From a virus, in the IMG/VR virus record IMGVR_UViG_3300005573_001166, positions 95,387 to 159,386 of that record: 64,000 nt of DNA; one strand, written 5' to 3'. Both the position numbers and the translations under genes were made by a program. The notes under the pieces were generated by a model. That model was given only the letters and a program-made list of their open reading frames with translations. It ran no database searches and was not told where the DNA came from. Positions 8,996 through 18,635 of the stretch are shown piece by piece (positions within the stretch are counted from its first letter, which is position 1; each line of letters begins with the position of its first letter).

Positions 8996-10330
8996 GTGTT
9001 AAGAGAGTTGATAGAAAAGTTTATTGTGGGTAGCCTATACAGTACCTACCTATATAAACCTGGAAAGCTTGAAGATCTGAAAAAACTAACAGATAACTTA
9101 GTTAAAATAGAAAAGGAGAGAGAGGTACTATATACCAAACTAGTATTAGAGAGGGAGCAGCTACTCGCTTTATTTAACAGTATAAATGAGCCTTTGCATG
9201 TCTCTAATTTAGAAACAAATGAAATACTTTTTGCCAATGATAGTTTTAAAAGTTTGATAGGTATTGATCCTATAGGTAAGAAATGTTATGAATTGATTTG
9301 CAACAACCCTTGTAACAAGCAAGTAAGGAACGTGTTTTATAGCGAAAAATTTAACAAATGGTTTAAATGTGTAAATAAGGTTATAGACTGGCCACAAGAG
9401 TCGGATAGTATTAAAGCAATGTTTGAACTGCTTATAGATATAACAGATGCTCATACATTACAGTTACAACTGGCGGAAAGGGAAGCAAAATTCAAGTCGT
9501 TAGTATCATTATTAGGTGATTACGTGTGGCAGATAGATGAAAAGGGTTATTTTAACTATGTAAGTGGTAATTCAAACGACATTTGGGGATACTGTCCTGC
9601 AGAGATAACAGGTAGGCATATAGAAGACTTTTTGCAGGATACTCATAGAGATAGAAGCTTTTCAGAACTTTTAAAAACGTATGAGCCTATAAAAGAGTAT
9701 AAAGGTATTGGAGCGCGTAAGGACGGCTCTGTTACAATAGTAGAAACTAGTGCCGTTCCTATTTACGATACTTCAGGTGTATTTAAAGGGTATTTGGGAG
9801 TAGATAAGGATATAACAGAAAAAGAGCAACTGAAGAAGGCTATTGAGACACTGCACGATCTAGCATGGCGTATAAATAGAACGAACTCGCTTCATGAAGC
9901 TTTAACATATGCAGTAGATAGCGCTCAAGAGTTATTGAAAGCAGATATAGGAGAGTATTACCTTATAGACAAGGATACGGATACTTTAAACTTAATATAT
10001 TGTAGGGGAGCTACAGATGATGAAGTAACTAATACTCGTAGTTATAGTACAGGTAATATTAAACATTCTATTGTAAAACAAGGGAAGCTTGTATATATTG
10101 CAGATACAGACCACGTTTTAGATACATACATGCGTACTTTAGTAATTGTTCCAATTAACAATGGGGATATAGTTGGTTGTTTCTGTTTGGGCTACAGAGA
10201 ACCCCGAAACGTGCCTTCCTATCTACTACAGACTTTAGAGAGTTTAGGCAAGCTACTTAGTATAGTAATAAACCGACTCCATAAGGAGACCGATAGCGAT
10301 TATAAATGTTTAGGAGGCAGTGAATGTTAG
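8996..10330 (+). CDS. PAS-PAS(PAC)-GAF sensory protein with no output domain
   Basis: EILFAN..F..LIG.DPIGKKCYE; EAKFKSLV...DYVWQID..G.F.YVS.....WGY.P.EITGR; RKDGS...VETSAVPIYD..G.FKGYLGVDKDITE. A GAF-like C-terminus follows and the protein ends with no kinase or GGDEF domain. Confidence 0.85.
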   Translation: MLRELIEKFIVGSLYSTYLYKPGKLEDLKKLTDNLVKIEKEREVLYTKLVLEREQLLALFNSINEPLHVSNLETNEILFANDSFKSLIGIDPIGKKCYELICNNPCNKQVRNVFYSEKFNKWFKCVNKVIDWPQESDSIKAMFELLIDITDAHTLQLQLAEREAKFKSLVSLLGDYVWQIDEKGYFNYVSGNSNDIWGYCPAEITGRHIEDFLQDTHRDRSFSELLKTYEPIKEYKGIGARKDGSVTIVETSAVPIYDTSGVFKGYLGVDKDITEKEQLKKAIETLHDLAWRINRTNSLHEALTYAVDSAQELLKADIGEYYLIDKDTDTLNLIYCRGATDDEVTNTRSYSTGNIKHSIVKQGKLVYIADTDHVLDTYMRTLVIVPINNGDIVGCFCLGYREPRNVPSYLLQTLESLGKLLSIVINRLHKETDSDYKCLGGSEC

Positions 10331-10728
10331 AGATTAAAAAAAGTGATTCAATACAATCGTCAGTATATATAACAGGTCTTAACGTTAAGATTCCCACTGA
10401 CGGCTCTTGGGCTCCCCTTACAGGATATACCAAAGAGCAAATAGCTTCTTTAGACTGTCTACGACAGGCTTATGAGAAGGAGCTGATAGAGATAAGGGCA
10501 GATGACTATTCAGGCATGCCCTCTTGGTTTTATGAAGCGTATAGAAGTCAAGTAAAGGTTCCTACTTACGTATTGGAATATGAAGAAGAAAAAGTTGTAG
10601 ATTATCTTTCTAACTTAAAGGAAAAAGCGAACATTATTGTTTGGTATCTTGTAAGAACAGAGTTATTAAAACTCGAACGTAAGGGATTAGCCAGAGAGAA
10701 GGTACTTTCTATTCTTATGGAGGAATAA
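10324..10728 (+). CDS. Hypothetical protein
   Basis: RBS AGGAGG; overlaps the upstream stop; 134 aa. Confidence 0.6.
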   Translation: MLEIKKSDSIQSSVYITGLNVKIPTDGSWAPLTGYTKEQIASLDCLRQAYEKELIEIRADDYSGMPSWFYEAYRSQVKVPTYVLEYEEEKVVDYLSNLKEKANIIVWYLVRTELLKLERKGLAREKVLSILMEE

Positions 10729-10731
10729 GTT

Positions 10732-11757
10732 GTGAGTGTTGCTTTTATGGGGCCTTGGATAGGTGAATTCGGATGGGAATTGTTAACATGGCAAGGTTTT
10801 TGTAGAGCTAAATCGGCATCATATGACAAAACATATGTATGCAGTTTTCCGGAAACAGAATACTTATATAAAGACTTTGCTACCTTTATTGCACATAACC
10901 ATCCTAGAAGAGTGTTAGATTGGCAGGATATTAGTAAGGTAGAGTATACTATCCCTGAAGATGTAACAGATCATATTACGCCGTTTAAACGTTATAGAGT
11001 ACCAGAACAGAAGTTTATAAAGTTTGGAAGCTCTCCTATACATGAATTTGATTATCTAATACATGCAAGAGGTACAAACAAGAACCCAAGTAAAAACTAC
11101 CCTAAAGACTACTGGCAGGTTATAGTAAATGGACTGGAAGGCAAAGGAGCTTGTATAGGGACTACTTCTGATATGTTTATAGAAGGTACTACAGACTTAA
11201 GAGGTATTCCTTTAGAGCAGTTGACTAATTATATTGCAGGTAGTAAGGTTGTAATAGGTCCCAGTTCCGGTGTGATGCATTTAGCAACTCTGTGTGGTAC
11301 TCCTATTATAGTTTGGGGGGATAAAGCTACGTACTTTGGGGAGACGTTGGAACAGAGATATAAAGTTACCTGGAATCCTTTTAATACTACTGTAGAGTTT
11401 CTATTTGACGATTTTTGGAAGCCAGAGCCTTTTCTTGTAGTTAAGAAAGTATACAACTTGCTAGGTACTCCTTCTATCTCAAAACCTAAAGCTGCTGTAG
11501 TTCCTTTAAAAGCTCCAGATGTAGAGGTAACTATTAAAGTAGGGGAAGGTACTGCTAAACTTTTACAAGATGCAATGTCATCTGGTAGGTGGTTTTTATC
11601 TGTAACATACGTCTCTCAAGATAAGACTTTACAGCAAGGATGGGAAACTCGTAACTTTCCCATCGGCGACTTAATTCCTAGTATTGAACATCTTAAGTTA
11701 GATATGGCAGAAAAACAAATAAACCCAACTAAACTAAACCCTAAAGAGTGGAGGTAG
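10732..11757 (+). CDS. GT9 (heptosyltransferase family) glycosyltransferase with a small extra C-terminal domain
   Basis: KNYPKDYW, DLRGIPLEQLTNYIAGSKVVIGPSSGVMHLATLCGTPIIVWG. Confidence 0.75.
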   Translation: MSVAFMGPWIGEFGWELLTWQGFCRAKSASYDKTYVCSFPETEYLYKDFATFIAHNHPRRVLDWQDISKVEYTIPEDVTDHITPFKRYRVPEQKFIKFGSSPIHEFDYLIHARGTNKNPSKNYPKDYWQVIVNGLEGKGACIGTTSDMFIEGTTDLRGIPLEQLTNYIAGSKVVIGPSSGVMHLATLCGTPIIVWGDKATYFGETLEQRYKVTWNPFNTTVEFLFDDFWKPEPFLVVKKVYNLLGTPSISKPKAAVVPLKAPDVEVTIKVGEGTAKLLQDAMSSGRWFLSVTYVSQDKTLQQGWETRNFPIGDLIPSIEHLKLDMAEKQINPTKLNPKEWR

Positions 11758-11759
11758 GC

Positions 11760-13988
11760 ATGGCGAATTTGAAACTTGAAATTCATAACCACCAAGCTGC
11801 CGGTGATACTTTATGTATGACTTGTGCTATAAGAGATTTGAAGAACTCCTTTCCTGACAGATACGATATTAAGCCTGTAACAAATTATATGCATATATGG
11901 GACAACAATCCTTATATATCTGATTTTGACAGTGCCGATATCGTAATAAAAGTAGGTACAGGAATAGGCGTAAACAGATCACAGTCAACTCATTTACATA
12001 TGTGTGAGGCTTACAGACTTTCTATAGAGGACAAGCTAAACATATCTATAAAACAAGGCCCAATAAGGCCGGATGTACATCTTAGTTCAGAAGAAATAGA
12101 GGAACCTCCTTTAGTAGAGGGACACTACTGGTTAATAGCTCCAGGTACTAGAAACCAGTTTACTAGTAAGATATGGCCTTATGATAGATGGCAACAAGTT
12201 GTAGAAGCCTTTCCTAACATCACCTTTGTTCAGATAGGGTTAAGGGAGCACCCTACTCCTCTACTTCAAGGAAAAAACGTTATAAACTTTACAGGTAAGA
12301 CAGAAGATCCTAATACCGGTATCAGAGATTTGTTTAAGCTTTGCTATCACGCACAGGGAGGATTATCATTAGTTTCCTTTTTAATGCACTTGATGGCTGC
12401 CTTTCAAAAACCTTGTGTAGTTGTAGCAGGAGCTAGAGAGCCTGCCTCTTTTGAAGCATACAACTTCCACAGATACTTACATAACCAAGGATCTTTATAC
12501 TGTCCCAAGTTTACGGATATAACTAAATCATGTTGGAGAACTAGTGTCGAAGGATGTTCCAACAGAACATCTGATGGGTATCCTAAATGCTTAGATATGA
12601 TTACTGTAGATGATGTTGTAAAAGCTGTAGAAAGTTATTATATAGGAGGTAGGCTTGTATTAGGAGATACATATGTATATAGAGAGGAAGAGGAAAAACA
12701 AGAAGCGCCTATTTTTGTACAGGAACCTCTAGAGCCAACAGAAGAAGAGTTACGAAACGTTATGATGGGGGTAGTAGAACCTACAAAACCTGCTTTGGAA
12801 GTACCAGAACCGACAGAGAATGAAATAAAGAGACTTATAAAAGAGGTAATACAAAAGACAAAAACACAAGGGCCTATAGAAGGCACAACAGAACTTGTAA
12901 AAGAGGTAATACAAACACAAGAACCTGTAGAAGGCACAGCAGAGCCTACAAAAGAAGCGATACAAGGAACTGGAGAGAATGAGACATCTGTTACTAACGC
13001 TTCTACGCCAAAGTTACATAAAGAAGGCAAAATATTCAAGATGGTCTGTAACGCAAGTTCTTTGGGAGGAGGAGAGAAATCTGCTATTTGGATTATGAAT
13101 AGGATGGTACAAGAGGGCTATAAAGTATTTCTAGTACCTACTTCAAATGTAAGCAGTACATTTACAACCCACATCCCTAATGTAGAAGTAACTAACCAAC
13201 TTACAGCACCTTGCGATATTCTTATGTTTTATACAAACGACTCTGTATTCTCTTTCCATGAAGAAAAGTACCAGATTTTCGCTAAAGTACAAGCAGTTAA
13301 AAAGGTGATGGTGCTTAATTACAAAATAGGTAAAACGGTTGAAGTAAGTTGGTCTAAAAACTGGGATAGATATGTATTTTTAAATACTACTATGGAAAAG
13401 TCGTTCTTAGAAAAACTGCCTACCGCAAAAACTACTGTGTTGCCTCCCCCTGTAGACCTATCACCTTTTCTAAGTATAGACCTGGGGTCTCTAAACAAAA
13501 CGTTGCATATCGTAAGACATTCTAGCCAAGGGGATCGTAAATATCCTAAGTTTATAAACGAACTTATCCGTAAAATAAGAGAAAAGGATTCTAAATGCAA
13601 ATTCAGTTTTATGCCTCCTCCTACTTTCCTAGATACTAGTATACCCAATATAAGCTGTTTTAGATACGATGAAGTGCCGGTACCCGATTTCTTAAAAAGA
13701 GGAAACCTGTTCTGGTACCCACTACCCGAAAACTATACAGACCAAGGCCCTAGAGTAATTATAGAAGCTATGGCTATAGGCTTGCCCGTTATAGCCGATA
13801 ATAGAGATGGAGCTAAGGATAGAGTAACTCCGGAAACAGGGTGGCTTTGTAATAATAAAGATGAGTACGTAGATATTATAACAAACATAAAGGGAAAGGA
13901 GTTGTCTAAAAAAGGAGAGGCAGCTAAAGAAAGAGCGGCAAAAGAATTTAACCCTGAGAAGTGGATCAATATGCTTTTGGAGTTATAA
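11760..13988 (+). CDS. Bifunctional GT9 + GT4 glycosyltransferase with an acidic repeat linker
   Basis: GT9: AGDTL, KIWPYDRWQQVV, VQIG, INFTGKT, FLMHLMAAFQKPCVVV, four-Cys motif ending CLDMIT. EPT/KEVIQ repeat linker. GT4: GGGEKS, PRVIIEAMAIGLPVIA. The ORF track starts at 11748. Confidence 0.85.
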   Translation: MANLKLEIHNHQAAGDTLCMTCAIRDLKNSFPDRYDIKPVTNYMHIWDNNPYISDFDSADIVIKVGTGIGVNRSQSTHLHMCEAYRLSIEDKLNISIKQGPIRPDVHLSSEEIEEPPLVEGHYWLIAPGTRNQFTSKIWPYDRWQQVVEAFPNITFVQIGLREHPTPLLQGKNVINFTGKTEDPNTGIRDLFKLCYHAQGGLSLVSFLMHLMAAFQKPCVVVAGAREPASFEAYNFHRYLHNQGSLYCPKFTDITKSCWRTSVEGCSNRTSDGYPKCLDMITVDDVVKAVESYYIGGRLVLGDTYVYREEEEKQEAPIFVQEPLEPTEEELRNVMMGVVEPTKPALEVPEPTENEIKRLIKEVIQKTKTQGPIEGTTELVKEVIQTQEPVEGTAEPTKEAIQGTGENETSVTNASTPKLHKEGKIFKMVCNASSLGGGEKSAIWIMNRMVQEGYKVFLVPTSNVSSTFTTHIPNVEVTNQLTAPCDILMFYTNDSVFSFHEEKYQIFAKVQAVKKVMVLNYKIGKTVEVSWSKNWDRYVFLNTTMEKSFLEKLPTAKTTVLPPPVDLSPFLSIDLGSLNKTLHIVRHSSQGDRKYPKFINELIRKIREKDSKCKFSFMPPPTFLDTSIPNISCFRYDEVPVPDFLKRGNLFWYPLPENYTDQGPRVIIEAMAIGLPVIADNRDGAKDRVTPETGWLCNNKDEYVDIITNIKGKELSKKGEAAKERAAKEFNPEKWINMLLEL

Positions 13989-14000
13989 TTTAACATACCC

Positions 14001-14110
14001 AAAATCGCCTCTAAAACCCCCTATAAGCCTCTTTTATAAATTTTATATGTAATTACTACTAAAAAATTAAAAAGGCCTTTATAGGGGGGAATAGGCCTTT
14101 TTAAGGGAGG
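14001..14110. repeat. Dispersed palindromic intergenic element, copy A
   Basis: GGCCTTTATAGGGGGGAATAGGCC at 14074-14097. 14031-14056 is the exact reverse complement of 62139-62164. Confidence 0.8.
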
Positions 14111-14116
14111 TTTAGA

Positions 14117-15124
14117 ATGATATTTAGATTAATTGGGAAGGCAGATAGATATAAAACAGATTTTGGGGGTCAAAAAGCATTAATAGACATACTTAACGGT
14201 ATGCATAATGCGGGGTATCAGACAGAGTGGGTTTCTTATTTCGGCAACTTTATAACTAACGAATTGTTTAGGGCAAGTATTCCTAATACAAAGGTACTTA
14301 CAACAGTGCAAGAGATGTTACAGCCTTGTGATATTTTTATGTTGTTTGTAGGTTCTCAGGCTAAATCTTTTGGTAAGGAGGCTTGCAAGGTATTTAATGA
14401 TATACCTAAAGGGGCTAAAAAAGTTATCAGCTTGAATACTGTTTTGGGGCAGGTTGCTGATTACACAACTGAGGAGGGTAGAGCTGCTGCATGGGCTAGA
14501 GAGTTTGATCTTTATATATTTGAGAATACGGCTTACATGAAAAAGTTTCTTTCTGTAGTTCCTAATAGGAAAGCTATAGTACTACATCCTTGTGTAGATA
14601 TATCTCCTTTTTTGAAAATCTCTCCTACCTTCCAAGAGCCAATACATGTAGTAAGGTTAGTGTCTAGACCTAAAACAAAAATCCCTAGAAACACTAACGA
14701 TTTAATACTAAAGATTAGAGAATACCAACCTAACTGTATTTTTAGCTTTATGGAGTACACTGACTATATAATGGATGCCCCTTATATATATAAATACCAT
14801 AGAGACCAAATACCTCCTCCAGAATTTTTGGCCAGAGGTAATTGTTTCTGGCATCCGTTACCTCCAGGGGTGGGGGAACCAGGTCCCAGAGTTATTGTAG
14901 AGGCTATGGCAGCAGGGCTACCTGTAATTGCTAACGGAGGAGATGGTCCTAAAGACAGGGTAACGCCTGAAACAGGTTGGCATGTAAACTCCTTAGACGA
15001 GATACCTGAAATCTTTAAAGGGTTAACTGTTGCAGAGTTAGAGAGAAAAGGGAAAGCGGCTAGGGAACGGGCTATTAGCGAATTCGGAGTTACTCCTTGG
15101 GTAAATGCAATTATTAATGAGTAG
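14117..15124 (+). CDS. GT4 glycosyltransferase, paralog of the C-terminal half of 11760..13988
   Basis: EPGPRVIVEAMAAGLPVIA..DGPKDRVTPETGW matches PRVIIEAMAIGLPVIA..DGAKDRVTPETGW. Confidence 0.85.
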   Translation: MIFRLIGKADRYKTDFGGQKALIDILNGMHNAGYQTEWVSYFGNFITNELFRASIPNTKVLTTVQEMLQPCDIFMLFVGSQAKSFGKEACKVFNDIPKGAKKVISLNTVLGQVADYTTEEGRAAAWAREFDLYIFENTAYMKKFLSVVPNRKAIVLHPCVDISPFLKISPTFQEPIHVVRLVSRPKTKIPRNTNDLILKIREYQPNCIFSFMEYTDYIMDAPYIYKYHRDQIPPPEFLARGNCFWHPLPPGVGEPGPRVIVEAMAAGLPVIANGGDGPKDRVTPETGWHVNSLDEIPEIFKGLTVAELERKGKAARERAISEFGVTPWVNAIINE

Positions 15125-15135
15125 GAGAAAGGAAT

Positions 15136-16320
15136 ATGAAGCTTTGTTTCTTTACTATGGCTAATAATAAACGATATGATTGGGCGTATAGGTTAATTTT
15201 GTCCGGAGAAGCAGTGAAGAGGCCTATTTGGTTTTTCAGAATACCAGACGGACACCCAGATCCCAAGAGGTATAAAATAGAGCTGCTAATGGGCGATCTA
15301 TTGCCAGAAGCAGATAAATATATCTACCTAGATAGCGATGTTCTTATGTTACAACATGGAGATTGGGAGTCAGAAGAAGCATATGGAGCTGTTAGCGAGG
15401 AAAAATTCCATATAAGTTCTAAAAATGCATTCTCAGATGAAAAAGGCTACAAAGCTTACTGCGATTTATTTGCTAAATACAATTATCCTACTAGAGTTAA
15501 CACAGGAGTTGTAGTATTGCCTGGTAGTATTAGAAAGCAAGTAGGTGAAAGGTGGAAGTATTGGTGCGAGTATATAGAGTCCTTATGTGAACTACCGATG
15601 AAACTAAGAGACCAGCCTCAATTTCCTTTTGTTATGTGTGAATTTAAAATACCTGTACTTCCCGACAGGTTTTGTGCTATAATAAAGAGAGAAAGTGTAC
15701 GTTCTGACCATATCGCTTTACATGCTTCCGGCCATCCTAGAGGAGATGATTTAAACCAATATATTAGTGCCGCTAATAAGCTACTAGGGGAACAGGTAGT
15801 AGGTGGTGGCGGTAAAAGGTGGCATGTACTTACCAAACTTATTATTCAATATGCTCCAAATCCTACATATCCTGTGGGTGCAGAGGTAGGGGTTTACAGA
15901 GGAGAAAATGCTTTCCATTTACTTGATATATTTCCCGGCTTAAAACTTCACTGTATTGACAATAGAAAGCTTACAAATCCTGAAAAGCACCTAGCTAGGG
16001 CCTTTGAGGATTGGGAAAGAAATAAACGGCCTTACATGGACCGTATTATAGAACATACAGTAGATTCAGATAAGGCTGATTTACCTGCAGAATCTTTAGA
16101 CTACGTCTTTATAGATGCAGATCACAGAACCGATGCTGTTGTTAAGGACATAAAGCACTATCTCCCCCTTGTAAAAAAAGGAGGGTTTATAGCAGGACAC
16201 GATATAGATTACAGAGGAACTTATTACGGTAGAGATAGTGTTAGAAATGCTGTAACGGCAGTATTTGGGAACGACTTTCAAACCGGTGCCGATCATACAT
16301 GGTGGCATATAAAGAAATAG
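15136..16320 (+). CDS. GT-A (GT8-like) glycosyltransferase fused to a class I SAM methyltransferase
   Basis: YIYLDSDVL, NTGVVV, DQPQF. Then GAEVGVYRG, LHCID, LDYVFIDADH, VKKGGFIAGHD. Confidence 0.8.
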   Translation: MKLCFFTMANNKRYDWAYRLILSGEAVKRPIWFFRIPDGHPDPKRYKIELLMGDLLPEADKYIYLDSDVLMLQHGDWESEEAYGAVSEEKFHISSKNAFSDEKGYKAYCDLFAKYNYPTRVNTGVVVLPGSIRKQVGERWKYWCEYIESLCELPMKLRDQPQFPFVMCEFKIPVLPDRFCAIIKRESVRSDHIALHASGHPRGDDLNQYISAANKLLGEQVVGGGGKRWHVLTKLIIQYAPNPTYPVGAEVGVYRGENAFHLLDIFPGLKLHCIDNRKLTNPEKHLARAFEDWERNKRPYMDRIIEHTVDSDKADLPAESLDYVFIDADHRTDAVVKDIKHYLPLVKKGGFIAGHDIDYRGTYYGRDSVRNAVTAVFGNDFQTGADHTWWHIKK

Positions 16321-16330
16321 GTTAATAGAA

Positions 16331-17674
16331 ATGCCTACCCCCTTTGTTTGTACTATAGGAAGAAAAAATAGAGACTATACCCATCTCTCTACTTGGGAGA
16401 ATGCTATTAAGTGTAATTTAACTGCTTCTACTACTAAAGTATACAGCTGTACTAAATCTACAGGTAATACTTATCCACTTAGAGATAGCAGTACAGTATA
16501 CCTTTATAGCGGTAATGTTAAACTAGATTGCACTGCTAAACTACACCATGCTACCGAGTCCCAAGCACTTTTATCTAATATAAAAGGTTCCGTCGCTCCT
16601 CAAATAGGGCACAGTTTCAGGGAAAGCTTGAAACACGATTATATTACTTTAACAGATAACGGAGATTCTGTTATTGCTGTAGCAGAGTGTTACAACGACA
16701 CTCTAGAGGATTTGTGGGATAATGTGACTTTTAAAGGTTGGAAGACAAGTAGCGATAACTACATAAAAATATATACCCCCACGGAAGAAAGGCATACAGG
16801 AGTAGAAGGTACCGGCTTTAGTATATACAATCCAGGAATCAACGATATAATAACTTTATACGACGTTGATGTAGTAATAGAAGGCATTGAATTTAAAGGA
16901 GGAGCTAAACAGATTGCATGTATATATACTTCTCCAAAAACTATTACTATAAACTCCTGTATTTTACATGATAACTACTACGGACCTCTTATAGCCCCTC
17001 CAAAGATTGCAGGGGCGGTTATAAAGATATACAATTGTATAATGTATGACAGTAGGCAGTCTGTTATCTCCTCTTGTTCTCCTAGTACGTTATATGTCGA
17101 AAACTGTACTATATACAATCCCGGTTTTGGATATGGAGTAGTAGATGGGCAATGTTATAACGTAGTAGTATTTAGAAGCAACAACAGTATAGCATGTTTT
17201 GGTAGTAATACTACAGGAGATTACAACTGCGACGGTACTAGTTCTGGTTTAGACGGCACTGCTCCTGGCGGACATTCACTTCATAATACATCACTTAGAG
17301 ACATTAACTGGTACAATGTTGTAGATTATAGAACTGCTATGAACTTTTTTACATGCGAGGGAAGCGTACTTATAAACAGAGGCATTACTAGAAAAGAAGG
17401 AGATATAGGTTTTAACACCGATATTTTAGGGGTAACTAGGGAGGGATATTACTGGGATATCGGTGCTTTTCAGGCAGGGGGCTCTTCTGCATATAGCTCA
17501 TCAAGTTCTTCATTTTCAAGTGAAAGCAGTAGTTCTTCTAGTTTTAGTAGTTTCAGTTCCAGTTACTCTTCCTCGTCTTCATCAAGTGAGTCTGTAGCAG
17601 AATACCTTCTACTAAGAACACAGGCCGATCTTTTGCGTTTAAGGGATTGGCAACAGCGAGGAAGGATACGTTAG
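16331..17674 (+). CDS. Putative virion beta-helix protein with a C-terminal poly-Ser tract
   Basis: I.NCI/ENCTI beta-helix-like repeats and WDIGAFQ, followed by a Ser-rich tract of about 35 residues. Confidence 0.6.
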   Translation: MPTPFVCTIGRKNRDYTHLSTWENAIKCNLTASTTKVYSCTKSTGNTYPLRDSSTVYLYSGNVKLDCTAKLHHATESQALLSNIKGSVAPQIGHSFRESLKHDYITLTDNGDSVIAVAECYNDTLEDLWDNVTFKGWKTSSDNYIKIYTPTEERHTGVEGTGFSIYNPGINDIITLYDVDVVIEGIEFKGGAKQIACIYTSPKTITINSCILHDNYYGPLIAPPKIAGAVIKIYNCIMYDSRQSVISSCSPSTLYVENCTIYNPGFGYGVVDGQCYNVVVFRSNNSIACFGSNTTGDYNCDGTSSGLDGTAPGGHSLHNTSLRDINWYNVVDYRTAMNFFTCEGSVLINRGITRKEGDIGFNTDILGVTREGYYWDIGAFQAGGSSAYSSSSSSFSSESSSSSSFSSFSSSYSSSSSSSESVAEYLLLRTQADLLRLRDWQQRGRIR

Positions 17675-17684
17675 GAGGTATAAG

Positions 17685-18635
17685 GTGACTTGGACACAGA
17701 GAGTGTTGTCTATACTAGAGTCGGATAAGAAGGCTACATTTAACACATTATATAAACTGTGCCCCGGTATAAAGAGAAAATATTTAAGTAACTTATTGTA
17801 TAGGTTGCAAAACAGACAGATAATAAAGAAAGAAGGGGATTTCTTTCTACTAGTAGCTCCCTATGATTCTCATTTTCCTGGAGTTCAACTGCCCATAATT
17901 AGGCATAGAGTTACAGATTATAGTTTTACGGGGGAAGTAATAAAATTTGGGGTAGTGTCAGACAGTCATTTAGGATCGGTGTATGATAATGTCCCTTTAT
18001 TGAAAGCTGCATATGATGTATTTGATAGAGAAGGTATTACTAAAGTATTTCATGCAGGAGATATATGCGATGGAGAGCATATGAGACAAGGACATGAGTA
18101 TGAGCTTAGAGTAGTAGGTTTTGACAAGCAGTGTGAATATGTAGTCAACGAATACCCCCATAGAGAAGGTATAGAGACTATTTTCTTATGCGGCAACCAT
18201 GACATGTCTTTTTGGAAATACAGTGGGGTAGATATTGGAGTACATATTGCAAGACAGAGGCCTGATCTAAAATACATAGGTACCCTAGAAGCAGATATTA
18301 CCCTTACTACTACTACCGGTAGTACTACAGTAAGGTTATGGCATCCTTTGTTGGGGTCTGCATATGCTATTTCCTATCACCCACAAAGATATATAGAGTC
18401 ATTATCTGGAGGGAGCAAACCAGGTATATTAATAATAGGGAATTTCCATAAAGCAGAGTGGCTTTTTTATAGAAACATACATACCCTTCAACCAGGGTGT
18501 TTACAATTTCAAACCAGGTGGATGAAAGGCAAACGTATATCAGCACATTTGGGTTTCTCTATTGTAGAAGCTCATCTATGCGATAAAGGCGTTGCCAGAC
18601 TAAAGTTTGAATTCTTTCCTGACTATGATTCATAA
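17685..18635 (+). CDS. Winged-helix + calcineurin-like metallophosphoesterase
   Basis: VSDSHLGS, HAGDICDG, GNHD, GNFH; basic HTH-like N-terminus. Confidence 0.85.
   Translation: MTWTQRVLSILESDKKATFNTLYKLCPGIKRKYLSNLLYRLQNRQIIKKEGDFFLLVAPYDSHFPGVQLPIIRHRVTDYSFTGEVIKFGVVSDSHLGSVYDNVPLLKAAYDVFDREGITKVFHAGDICDGEHMRQGHEYELRVVGFDKQCEYVVNEYPHREGIETIFLCGNHDMSFWKYSGVDIGVHIARQRPDLKYIGTLEADITLTTTTGSTTVRLWHPLLGSAYAISYHPQRYIESLSGGSKPGILIIGNFHKAEWLFYRNIHTLQPGCLQFQTRWMKGKRISAHLGFSIVEAHLCDKGVARLKFEFFPDYDS

Noticed and set aside
1-16320. Host chromosomal O-antigen/capsule locus next to a prophage
   Set aside because: No flippase, polymerase, ABC exporter, initiating transferase or att/integrase boundary. 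Phage-type genes are interleaved, and the same palindromic element occurs in both parts.
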